Source of the DNA: Candidatus Fermentibacterota bacterium | Lineage (GTDB): Bacteria; JAFGKV01 | Assembly (NCBI GenBank): GCA_016928395.1 | Contig: JAFGKV010000072.1 | Span: 1 to 43,257, forward strand | Direction: 5' to 3' | DNA length: 43,257 bases | Part shown: piece by piece, positions 9,970-18,500 of the stretch | Layout of the letters: each line of letters begins with the position of its first letter | Position numbering within the stretch: the stretch's first letter is position 1 | Made by a program: the position numbers and the translations under genes | Notes under the pieces: generated by a model | The model's input: only the letters and a program-made list of their open reading frames with translations | Databases searched by the model: none | What the model was told of the DNA's origin: nothing

Positions 9970-10051
9970 GGACGACGCGGAGGCCGTCCCTCCATCCTTG
10001 GCATGTGGGCTGTTTCGCCTGTCTTCTGGAGGGGCGGGCTTCGTCCCGACC
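9970..10051. repeat. Inverted pair of REP-like short palindromes (GGAG-headed)
   Basis: GGACGACGCGGAGGCCGTCCCTCCA (9970-9994) facing TGGAGGGGCGGGCTTCGTCCCGACC (10027-10051). Confidence 0.45.
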
Positions 10052-10144
10052 GCCCGCCACGCCCGCCAGCAGGGACACCTCGAACAGGCCTCGGAGGAAG
10101 GAGTCAACGCGCACGCGTGCAGACCCCACAGTGCTCGCCGCTGC

Positions 10145-10528
10145 TCATGACCAAGGGAGATCCTTCCGAAGTCGGAGTCTCCATGCGACCGGCGATGAGC
10201 CGGGGCGTCTCCTCAGCCTTCTTCTCAGCGATAGTGCCGCGAATACTGTCAGTATCACCGGGGTGAACACCACGCCCATCGCCGTGGACACGAACCGCCA
10301 CGTCACCTCACGTTCGGTGTCTCCGTGGATGCACCATGCTTCGAGCACCAGCTCTCCGGGCACCGGGGACGCATTGCGGAGTTCGAGATCAGCGCCCGAT
10401 GGGCAGATCACCGGTCCGAGCGCAGTCAACCACTGGGGCCGGAACATGGCCGTGAGACTGAACGCCACGGTCGAAACCACCAAAGCGGTCATTGCGGCGG
10501 CGAACAGGTCGCTCAGTGCGCGCAGCAT
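10145..10528 (-). CDS. Small hypothetical membrane protein (two TM helices around a Cys-containing loop)
   Basis: Hydrophobic segments FAAAMTALVVSTVAFSLTAMF and FVSTAMGVVFTPVILTVFAALSL followed by RRRLRRR; start uncertain (ORF open to 10642). Confidence 0.55.
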   Translation of the reverse strand: MLRALSDLFAAAMTALVVSTVAFSLTAMFRPQWLTALGPVICPSGADLELRNASPVPGELVLEAWCIHGDTEREVTWRFVSTAMGVVFTPVILTVFAALSLRRRLRRRPGSSPVAWRLRLRKDLPWS

Positions 10529-10844
10529 GTCAGTCCCTGGAAGTCGCGGTGCAGGACTCTGTCGTGGGATCAGCCGCTTCTCTTGTGTCGATCTGCGAAT
10601 CGACGAATCGCTCCCCACGGGCGTCTCATCCCATCTTGACATTCGTCATAGAGCAAAGGATGCCGCAGGTGTGCGATTGTCATTGCGAGTCCGGCCGAGG
10701 CCGAAGCAATCCCGGTCACAGGGGAGATCGCCGCGTCCCCAGGAATTCATGCCGCCAGCGTGACCGCGGTCGGCCGGCAGGGGTTCTCGCGAAGACCGGA
10801 GTGTCTGGCGCATGAGACACTTCACGTTTGCCGTCGATATCGTA

Positions 10845-12422
10845 TTAGTCATGGGCCACTCGGCCACGGTCGAGTCTTTCGTTCAGGGAGAACTCATGCT
10901 CACCCACGGTGTTCGATGACACTGATTCCTCCGCGCCGCTCCTGGCCCTGGCGCGGAAGAAGAACGAGATGGCAGGGTCGCCGATTCCATCTGAGAACTG
11001 CAGCGAGGTGTCAGGCGCGGCGACGGTCTGCCAGGGCACGCCCGCGATGTCGAACTGGGCACTGCCGGACCGGTAGAGGTCGTAGTGGGTTGCTCCGAGC
11101 ACCGCCGACCAGGAGAGCCGTGCCAGAGCCGGTGTCAGCAGCTCGATAGACAGCGTCATCGAGCTCAACGGTGAGTTGATCCGCCACGCATGGACGAGAC
11201 ACTGGTCACCGTCGGCCCGGTGCTCGAGTACATACAGGATGCCCCGCTGCCGGTCGAAGCATGCCGCCCCAACCAGCGAATACTTCTCCCGGTAGGGATC
11301 ACGCTCGGCATCGAACATCACGGCATCGATATCCAGTGAGTCGTACGGTTGCGGCGCCCAGGTCGGCTGTTCCCCCCGCGCCACAGCCCCCAACTCCTCA
11401 GGATCGAAGAGGAGGATCTGAGTTTTCACGCTGTCCGACCAGTAGCCTCGGCCATCATAGGGCCAGCGCGGCACCGGAGGATACGGGGGTTCATCAGGCC
11501 ACACGGTACCATCCAGAAACCCGTACCACCATGACCCCATACCCTTGGTCCCCACAAACGCGACCGCGGACTTCTCCCCCGCCGTGACCCATGCGCCCCC
11601 ACTCCACTCGTCATCGGGGTTGAAGGTGCGCATCTTCATGGAGTCATCCACTGCGATCTCCGGGATGCCCGGCTGCTGGATGCCGTAGAGCAACAGCGGG
11701 GTCACCTGCGTCAAGGTCGCCCCAGACGGAGGCGGATTCCCTTCGTTCCATGGGCCATAGGCAAACAGGGCGGGGCCAAGTCCCGACCAGAAGCCCTCCC
11801 GGAATCGGCCCGTGGCCAGGCGTTGCCCCGGCGTGTTCGCCGAGGCCCACTCTGCAGGTATGTCGAACAGGTAGTCAGCGGCGGCATAAGGGGTGTAGCC
11901 GTCAAGCCGCCACGGCCCCGCCGGCTGCGGGCTGGAAAGGTCGAGTTCGCTCCAGCCGTGGGTCGGCACGAACTCCTGGAAGTGTTGGCTCCAGCAGAAA
12001 TGCAGCTTGCCCGATGCCTGCGCTCCTTGGGCCGGTAGGTAAGCAAGCCCCGCCTGCGGGATTTCCAGGTATCCGAACATGCCGCCGGTGATGTCGGAGA
12101 ACGGCTGCAACGTCGTGGCGGCGTTCAAATCGTCCAGGTTCTTCAACGGAGATATCACCGGCACCGGGATGCTAATCTCGGAGACCAATTGGAGTTGGTT
12201 GTGGCCCAAGGCGAAGAGGGACCCGGGGAAGCCGTCGGCAGGGCCGTCCAGGTCGCCGCCGGGATAGTAGGTTGCGGCGAAGCCCGACCAGTTCCAACCA
12301 TAGTCGCCCTCATCGGGCAGGCGAAACGCACCCAGGTACTCGAAGTCTGACGGATGGAGAAGCTCTCCGGAGAGCGAACCGAAGGTGATCATGACCCAGA
12401 CAATTGCAGATAGCACTGGCAT
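10845..12422 (-). CDS. Secreted hypothetical protein (probable beta-propeller) with C-terminal FN3-like domain
   Basis: GGAGG RBS; signal peptide; EYLGAFRLP N-terminal motif; terminal domain ARLSWSAVLGATHYDLYRS...GIGDP..FFFRA...SNTVGEHEF. Confidence 0.85.
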   Translation of the reverse strand: MPVLSAIVWVMITFGSLSGELLHPSDFEYLGAFRLPDEGDYGWNWSGFAATYYPGGDLDGPADGFPGSLFALGHNQLQLVSEISIPVPVISPLKNLDDLNAATTLQPFSDITGGMFGYLEIPQAGLAYLPAQGAQASGKLHFCWSQHFQEFVPTHGWSELDLSSPQPAGPWRLDGYTPYAAADYLFDIPAEWASANTPGQRLATGRFREGFWSGLGPALFAYGPWNEGNPPPSGATLTQVTPLLLYGIQQPGIPEIAVDDSMKMRTFNPDDEWSGGAWVTAGEKSAVAFVGTKGMGSWWYGFLDGTVWPDEPPYPPVPRWPYDGRGYWSDSVKTQILLFDPEELGAVARGEQPTWAPQPYDSLDIDAVMFDAERDPYREKYSLVGAACFDRQRGILYVLEHRADGDQCLVHAWRINSPLSSMTLSIELLTPALARLSWSAVLGATHYDLYRSGSAQFDIAGVPWQTVAAPDTSLQFSDGIGDPAISFFFRARARSGAEESVSSNTVGEHEFSLNERLDRGRVAHD

Positions 12423-12649
12423 CAGGAAGCCTCCCAGGCTTTGTGGATTCGAGCATCCCCATAATTGGATGGGCCCTCAGTGCCGCACACGGCCGATTCC
12501 GGCCACGGAGTATCCCTAACCCCGATCACACCGCGACTGCAGTCGGTTGCCCGCGCACCGCTGGATGTTTGAGCTCCCCCGGATGGCGCAGCTCACGCCG
12601 CTCCAACAGCAGCGGCCTGTTCCCATGAGGGGCCTTGCTGATCCTCTGG

Positions 12650-12676
12650 CGGGGCGGGGACCGGGACCCCGCCCCG
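12650..12676 (-). terminator. GC-rich hairpin after the fibre/anchor operon
   Basis: CGGGGCGGGG-N7-CCCCGCCCCG, 10-bp perfect stem about 18 nt past the stop at 12694; no U tract, so it may be a REP instead. Confidence 0.45.
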
Positions 12677-12693
12677 TACGAGAACTCGGACTC

Positions 12694-13311
12694 CTACCGT
12701 TCGGCTCCGGACGACGCATCTGATTCACCTGCGCGTCCCATCAGCGGGATGTCGGCGCCGAAGTCGAATTCCCCGGCCGTGTTGGATGCCGGAGATGTCT
12801 GGGTCGCGTTCCGCGCTATGCCGCGGAAAAAGTAGTTGGTTGCCTCATTGCCGACACCGGCCGAGAAATCGTATTGGGTCGTTGGTACGGCAACCGTCTG
12901 CCATGGGACTCCCGACGGATTGAAGAATGCCCCGGTGCTCCTGTACAGATCGTAGAAGGTCGCACCCGTGACCGTGGCCCAAGAGAGACGCGCCGCGGTG
13001 GGGTTGAGCTGCACTATGTTCAGAACCATGGGCAGAAGGGCCCCTCCACCTCCGCTGGCGGCATGCCAGAACCCATGGTGAGTCTGGTAGGCGCCGCCTG
13101 CGGAGACGCCAACCGGCGAACTCTGCCCCGTAGTACCGGTGACGACGTACGCCCCTCCGGTCATGCGCGCACCGCCGCCGGCAATTACCGACGGCGACAC
13201 GACATACTGGGCCGCTGCCGGTGACGGGTACAACAGGAGTGTACCCGCGAAGAACACCGCCAGCAGCGCGAGCACTCCCGGGCCGGGTGTTCGCGCGCTC
13301 CTATCGCTCAT
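12694..13311 (-). CDS. Small secreted protein: Gly-rich GGG..GG.Y..TG..GQ..GG.Y...GFW module plus FN3-like C-terminal domain (putative fibre anchor)
   Basis: GGAGGTG RBS; start overlaps the upstream gene's end; signal peptide ending PAAA-Q; terminal domain ends SNTAGEFDFGADIP. Confidence 0.85.
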   Translation of the reverse strand: MSDRSARTPGPGVLALLAVFFAGTLLLYPSPAAAQYVVSPSVIAGGGARMTGGAYVVTGTTGQSSPVGVSAGGAYQTHHGFWHAASGGGGALLPMVLNIVQLNPTAARLSWATVTGATFYDLYRSTGAFFNPSGVPWQTVAVPTTQYDFSAGVGNEATNYFFRGIARNATQTSPASNTAGEFDFGADIPLMGRAGESDASSGAER

Positions 13312-15052
13312 CACTCACCTCCCGGGGATCACCGGCGAGACCTGGGCCCTGGCGATCCAGCGCCGTTTGCTTTGAAATGGCGTTGGGCTCGGCGGGTTCG
13401 TCCACGGCGAGTACCTTCGACGGGGTGAAGATGCGGTGATCTCTGCCTTCGGTCTCGGGGAAGCCATAGGCAACCGGGTAGAGCAGCTCGCCTCGGTCAC
13501 AGATGCTGCTCTCCGACCCCTTGGACTCTTCGACCGGGCGGGCGAGGGTTCGGATGACCGGATCATCCCGGTCTGCCATGGCCATCCACGCCACGATCCT
13601 GTCAGGATCGCCGTAGACGGTAAAGGCCGAGCCATCGGCGCGCCACCGGTACCCCGCGAGGAAAGGCATGCCCTCGGGCGTCAGATGCACCGATGCCTCG
13701 TCTTCCTTCGCCAAAGCCGTGAAGTACTCAGGCATCGTGACCACCGCTTCGCCATTGGAGCCGAGTTTCACCGTGCCCCTGTAGATGAGGAGATTCTCGG
13801 GCGATTCGACGAAGTTGTGCCGCAGGAGTTTGTTCTTTGGATCCAGCGGATGATCGATGAGGAACGAGCCGCTGCCCTTGCTGAGGGAGCCGGTGACATT
13901 GACATTGCCCGCGAACCAGCCAGCCCAGCCGGACGCGGACGACGAGGTCGCGCTGAGCCCATAGTTCGTGCCTGTGGCGGCGGTCGCTACGGCCCTGACG
14001 CCCACGGTCGCGCCTTGGCCTTCAACACCGGTGCCGCTGTTGGCATTGCTCTGGAAGTAGCCACCCGTCCCGAAGTTCGATGAAGCATTGCCCGCCAGGC
14101 CGTAGACGCCGACAGGCCGGGGATCGCCGGCGGATCCGGCATCGCCGTCGCTTCTGCCGTAAACCCCGTAGGTGCCCCCGTAGTTGTTGTTGTAGGACGA
14201 TCTTCCGTAGACGCCGATGGATCCGTCGTCGCTCGAATAGCTCCGGCCATACATGCCGAACGTGACGCCAGAGGTGGCGGTGGCGTATGCCCTGACGCCG
14301 GTTCCCGAGGTCGAGGCCGTCTCAAACTGGCCGCCATAGCAGGTCCCGGTGGTGGCGGCGGCGATCCCGTACACACCCCGTCCCGAGGGCGAATCGGTCT
14401 GGCCCATCACGCCGTTGCATGATCCCGTCGAAGCCACCGCCTGGCCCTTGACTCCTGAGCCATTGGGCGACCAGGAGAGGAAGAACCCGCCGTAGTTGTC
14501 GGTCCCCGTGGTGTGCAAGTTCCGGCCCAGCACCCCGGCCATGGTGCTGGAGGTTCCTGCCGCATCGAAGATGCCGCCGTAGACCCAGCCGGTGGTCCCC
14601 TGGTTTTGTGCCTTGATGGTCGCGCCGCCGTTGACGGCGCCGATTACCTCGGTGCCCGGCACTAGCCCGCTGGCCATGTAGGCGTAGCCGGTGGAAACGA
14701 GCCGCTGCCTGGGTGTCTGATCAGCACCGGCAAAGGTCACCAGAAGCCAGTAGTCGGCATCAAAGGCGAGGTTCAGAGCTGGCTGGGGGCTCTCGCCCAA
14801 GAGTACATTGAAGATGCCGCCCGAGAGGGCGATGGAGCGGGTGCCGCTGTCCCACAGGCTCGTACCGCCCGTAGCCACATTGTAGATGCGGAACCGCATG
14901 TTGTAGGTGTTGTCGGGAACGGGAGTTCCCGATGCATCGGTGACCTTGCCCTGATAGCTGATGAGAGTGGGGATCTCGGCGGACGCGGCGGTCGCCAGTA
15001 TCGCGAGACCAAGCGCAAGGAACACGCGCCATGAGGGAGTTCGGTGAATCAT
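13301..15052 (-). CDS. Secreted fibre-like protein A (ISYQG N-domain, GVYG glycine-rich repeats, C-terminal FLIDHPLDP domain)
   Basis: AAGGAG RBS; signal peptide; ISYQGKVTD..G.P...F.IY....GG..LW head; many G(V/G)YG repeats; GSLSKGSGSFLIDHPLDP..LRHNFVESPE tail-fibre/chaperone-like end. Confidence 0.85.
   Translation of the reverse strand: MIHRTPSWRVFLALGLAILATAASAEIPTLISYQGKVTDASGTPVPDNTYNMRFRIYNVATGGTSLWDSGTRSIALSGGIFNVLLGESPQPALNLAFDADYWLLVTFAGADQTPRQRLVSTGYAYMASGLVPGTEVIGAVNGGATIKAQNQGTTGWVYGGIFDAAGTSSTMAGVLGRNLHTTGTDNYGGFFLSWSPNGSGVKGQAVASTGSCNGVMGQTDSPSGRGVYGIAAATTGTCYGGQFETASTSGTGVRAYATATSGVTFGMYGRSYSSDDGSIGVYGRSSYNNNYGGTYGVYGRSDGDAGSAGDPRPVGVYGLAGNASSNFGTGGYFQSNANSGTGVEGQGATVGVRAVATAATGTNYGLSATSSSASGWAGWFAGNVNVTGSLSKGSGSFLIDHPLDPKNKLLRHNFVESPENLLIYRGTVKLGSNGEAVVTMPEYFTALAKEDEASVHLTPEGMPFLAGYRWRADGSAFTVYGDPDRIVAWMAMADRDDPVIRTLARPVEESKGSESSICDRGELLYPVAYGFPETEGRDHRIFTPSKVLAVDEPAEPNAISKQTALDRQGPGLAGDPREVSDER
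14645..14980. repeat. About 335-bp direct repeat, copy A (shared N-domain of the fibre genes)
   Basis: Aligns by eye without gaps to 15968-16303 (offset 1323 bp), roughly 90% identical, mostly third-position changes. Confidence 0.9.
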
Positions 15053-15205
15053 CGCAGACTCCTTTCTCCATGAGTTCGATGGTCATGTCTGGTTGGGGCA
15101 GTGCCCCATATTGCTCGTACCGTGGCGACTGCCGAGTGCGAGACTTCCTCGTCAGAGAACCTTCGGAAGCCGATCATCGGCGAATACGAAGGCACGGTTC
15201 GCATC

Positions 15206-16378
15206 TTAGTATCGCCATATGCGGACGCGGAACTTCTCGCCCGGATACATGTTGCTGCCTTTCTTCACCTGGAGCGTTGTCGAGGTCAGACTGTGCCAGA
15301 AGAAGCCCCAGCCGCTCACGTCGGCGCCCGCGAAACGGTTCGTCACGCCCAGCCCACTCACGTCGTGCTGGATATCGACCACGTAGTCAGTGATGTTGCC
15401 GCCAACACTGTGGGTGAGGGTCACATCGCCTCCGACCGTGCCGGCCTGCCACCCGCTGTCATAGGCCGGAGCGGGGAAGGATGACCCCGAGACAGTCAGG
15501 TTCCCGTCTATATTGACGTCGCCCATGAAGTAGCCGGCCCATCCGCCGGCAAGGTTCTCGGAGTAGATCCCACACCCCTGAGAGGAGTACGAGACGAAGG
15601 ATCCTCCGTAGTGCTCGCCCGAAGTGGCCGTCGATCTGCCGTAGACACCGGTATGGGGCGCTTCGCCGTGTACGCCGCGGCCCGAGTTTGACAGGCTGGC
15701 GAAGTAGCCGCCGTAGCACAGCCCCGTCGTCGCTTCGACAGCCCCATAGACGCCATACCCCTGGGGCGAATAGGAGATGAACGACCCTCCGTACAGGGCG
15801 CCCGTCGTGCCCGTGGCCTTGCCGTAGACCCCGGTGTGAGGCCCCTCGCCATAGACGCCCTTGCCGGAGGTCGACTGGCTCATGAAGTACCCGCCGAAGC
15901 GCGTCCCAGAGCCGGAGGTGTTTACGGCCTTGATGGCGCCTGAGATGGACGAAGCAACCGAGCCCACTACCTCGGTGCCCGGTACTAGCCCGCTGGCCAT
16001 ATAGGCGTAGCCAGTGGAAACGAGCCGCTGCCTGGGGGTCTGATCAGCGCCGGCGAAGGTCACCAGAAGCCAGTAATCGGCATCAAAGGCGAGATTCAGC
16101 GCCGGCTGGGGGCTCTCACCCAGGAGTACATTGAAGATGCCGCCCGAGACGGCGATGGAGCGGGTGCCGCTGTCCCACAGGCTCGTACCGCCCGTGGCCA
16201 CATTGTAGATGCGGAACTGCATGGTGTAGTTGTTGTCGGGAACGGGAGTTCCCGATGCGTCGGTGATGCGGCCCTGGTAGCTGATGACCTTGGGTATCTC
16301 GGCGCCAGCCACGGTCGCCATCATGATGCCCAGTGCCGCCAGAGCCGCGGAGAAGGGAAGTCTCAAGGTGCGATGCAT
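15206..16378 (-). CDS. Secreted fibre-like protein B (ISYQG N-domain, GVYG repeats, C-terminal PAYDSGW head domain)
   Basis: AGGAGG RBS; signal peptide; N-domain almost identical to protein A; 61-aa internal duplication; distinct C-terminus PAPAYDSGW...FRVRIWRY. Confidence 0.85.
   Translation of the reverse strand: MHRTLRLPFSAALAALGIMMATVAGAEIPKVISYQGRITDASGTPVPDNNYTMQFRIYNVATGGTSLWDSGTRSIAVSGGIFNVLLGESPQPALNLAFDADYWLLVTFAGADQTPRQRLVSTGYAYMASGLVPGTEVVGSVASSISGAIKAVNTSGSGTRFGGYFMSQSTSGKGVYGEGPHTGVYGKATGTTGALYGGSFISYSPQGYGVYGAVEATTGLCYGGYFASLSNSGRGVHGEAPHTGVYGRSTATSGEHYGGSFVSYSSQGCGIYSENLAGGWAGYFMGDVNIDGNLTVSGSSFPAPAYDSGWQAGTVGGDVTLTHSVGGNITDYVVDIQHDVSGLGVTNRFAGADVSGWGFFWHSLTSTTLQVKKGSNMYPGEKFRVRIWRY
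15968..16303. repeat. About 335-bp direct repeat, copy B
   Basis: Paralogous to 14645-14980. Confidence 0.9.
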
Positions 16379-16427
16379 GGGATTCCTCCTTCGGTGATGT
16401 GAATGGCTTCTCCCGTGTCACGCCCTA

Positions 16428-16466
16428 ATGATGCACATTCCACCTCAGAGTTTTCTCAGACTCCGA
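16428..16466 (-). promoter_or_regulatory. Direct-repeat operator/promoter copy 3 (TCTGAG-N5-TCTGAG-N10-CATCAT)
   Basis: CTCAGA 16444-49, GTTTT, CTCAGA 16455-60, followed by CTCCG as in copy 2; upstream of fibre gene B. Confidence 0.7.
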
Positions 16467-16735
16467 TTAAATCATTGCCGTACTTACCCCTGCACACGGG
16501 TCAGGAGGGTGCCACTGGATGCTCACGATACGACACAAAGGGAGCGACCGCTTCTCCGTGTGCGTGCGCGCACGCGAAGCACCCCATGCCAAAGATCATG
16601 CAGGAAGAGGACAGAAGGCGGCACGCTGTCAAGGCAGGACTTGGAGTGATTCACCCCGTCAAACGATCGGGCGATCCCCTGCGGTCCCGCACGCATTCCA
16701 GGGTCAGAATGGGCGCCGGGCGAGCAGAGTGGCTG

Positions 16736-18268
16736 CTAATGGGCCAGCGGGGCCACCCAGAACCACCTACCGGAGGACGATACCGAGGATGAGTGAGCGG
16801 TGACCCGGCAGAAGAAGCCATCGAGGAACTGCCTCGGAGGGACACACCAGGATTGAGTCGTGACAATGGGCAGCTCCGGGCTATGGCCCGGCCAAGGCGC
16901 CCGGGCACAGATGACTTCGTACCTGTCAACTTGGAGGGGGGTGCCCGCCACGCTTCTGCTCACGGGCGCCCAGGTGATCACCAGCCCGCTGTCAGAGCGC
17001 GTCACGCACAACTTTTCCACCGGCTGGGCGGTCACCAGGGCCTCATACCCCGCCCGGAGTCCCGCCAGCGCCTGGGCGGACAGCCGGGCCGAAACATCCG
17101 ATGGGTCGGGCACCGCGGCACCGCGGCGACTCCACGCAGCGTCGAGTTGATCGGCAACCGCGAACAGCGAGTCTTCCACGGCAAAGGTAATCGGCCACAG
17201 GCCCTGGCCGGTCTCCTCACGCAGCTTGTAGGAATCGAGGTAGTCATCGTAGGGGCAGTCAAACAGAAGGTCACGTATGAGGTTCGCCGCATCGCACAGG
17301 GGCGCAGACGGCGAGCCAGACAAAGCTCTGGGAGGTGGCCCTACGGGCCAGACGGGCACAGCCATTGTGGACGCCGGTTGGCCAAGCATGGCCCACAGCG
17401 TGGTCTGCCAGGGCTCATGGCATGGCTCGATGCCCCGGATCACTACGCCGGAAACCGTCCCCGCACGGCAGATGCTTAAGTAGGTCCAGATGTAGCCATA
17501 CGGCACATCTGGGTTCCACTGCCCGGGATAGGGAATCGGAATGGGCTGGCTGGCATCATCAGAGAAATCCCGAGCATGGTACCTGAGGAGCGAGCGGTAG
17601 TCTAGGCTGTCGCCCACGCAGAACTCCGAGATCAAAGCGACGGACCTAAGGTACCGCGCCATTCCGTTCGTACCCCCACCGGCCATGGAGAAGTTCGTGC
17701 GCACTATGAATCCGGCAGGATTCTGCAGCGGGTCATCGGCGTCATACTCCCAGTGGAGAGAATCCTCCACCTCGAACATGACGGCAGCGCCAGCGGCGTC
17801 AATGACCCCGTAGGAGGCGTGGACATCCCGCATGCCGGATGCGCTCGTGCTCTCAAGAAAAAGCGAGAAATCCTCGACGGTCGCGCAGCGCCCCAGGGCT
17901 TCGTGCATGAGGGAGCCGTTGGTGAGATCAGACCTGCCGGTCAGGTCTAGGGAGTTGGCGTTCACAATGGCAAATCCGGCTTCGTTGACACCCATCCAGG
18001 CTAATGTGTCGCCGGCGTTTGCCACGGCGATGAAGCGGTACCGATTCACGGGGTTGTCGTTCCAGACCACGTGATTATCAGGATAGGCGCCTTGGTCACG
18101 GACTTTCCACACCAGGGGCCGTCCATCCGAAGTCGCGCGGCCCGCGGCCACGCCGATCGTGCAGGCATGGCTTGGGCCGCAGGCCGCCGCAGCCAGGATC
18201 AGCACGCCGCATACCGAAACATCGAGCACGGCCCCAAAAACCCATTGGATCACGCGGCGGTTGCGCAT
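16736..18268 (-). CDS. Secreted Ntn-hydrolase (peptidase C45/acyltransferase-like) with C-terminal FN3-like domain
   Basis: ATG 18268 with AAGGGG RBS; signal peptide ending SHA then N-terminal nucleophile CTIG..GRATSDGRPLVWKVRD; WMGVNEAGFAIVN; RTNF motif. Confidence 0.85.
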   Translation of the reverse strand: MRNRRVIQWVFGAVLDVSVCGVLILAAAACGPSHACTIGVAAGRATSDGRPLVWKVRDQGAYPDNHVVWNDNPVNRYRFIAVANAGDTLAWMGVNEAGFAIVNANSLDLTGRSDLTNGSLMHEALGRCATVEDFSLFLESTSASGMRDVHASYGVIDAAGAAVMFEVEDSLHWEYDADDPLQNPAGFIVRTNFSMAGGGTNGMARYLRSVALISEFCVGDSLDYRSLLRYHARDFSDDASQPIPIPYPGQWNPDVPYGYIWTYLSICRAGTVSGVVIRGIEPCHEPWQTTLWAMLGQPASTMAVPVWPVGPPPRALSGSPSAPLCDAANLIRDLLFDCPYDDYLDSYKLREETGQGLWPITFAVEDSLFAVADQLDAAWSRRGAAVPDPSDVSARLSAQALAGLRAGYEALVTAQPVEKLCVTRSDSGLVITWAPVSRSVAGTPLQVDRYEVICARAPWPGHSPELPIVTTQSWCVPPRQFLDGFFCRVTAHSSSVSSSGRWFWVAPLAH

Positions 18269-18500
18269 GGCAATCCCCTTGTTCGCATCATGACGCTTCA
18301 CCATGGATGCAGGCAAGAAGCAGCTACCGTCCGCACGAACCTTCATGCCCTCCACGGGGAGCCCGCGCCCCGAAGCCCTGGAAGAAGCCGGCGTATCGCA
18401 AGGGTCCTCAGTGAGAGCCTGAGGTTCAGTCGATGCTCCGAGGGCGTTGGGTGCCATTGCCACAGGGTTCTTACTTCACGAGAGGTGGCCCGGTCACACG

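Noticed and set aside
15053-15068. CGCAGACTCC resembling the direct-repeat operator
   Set aside because: Single half-site that coincides with the RBS of fibre A
13301-16378. Prophage or tailocin origin for the fibre-like genes
   Set aside because: Both have Sec signal peptides and no capsid, tail, baseplate, lysis or integrase genes are present
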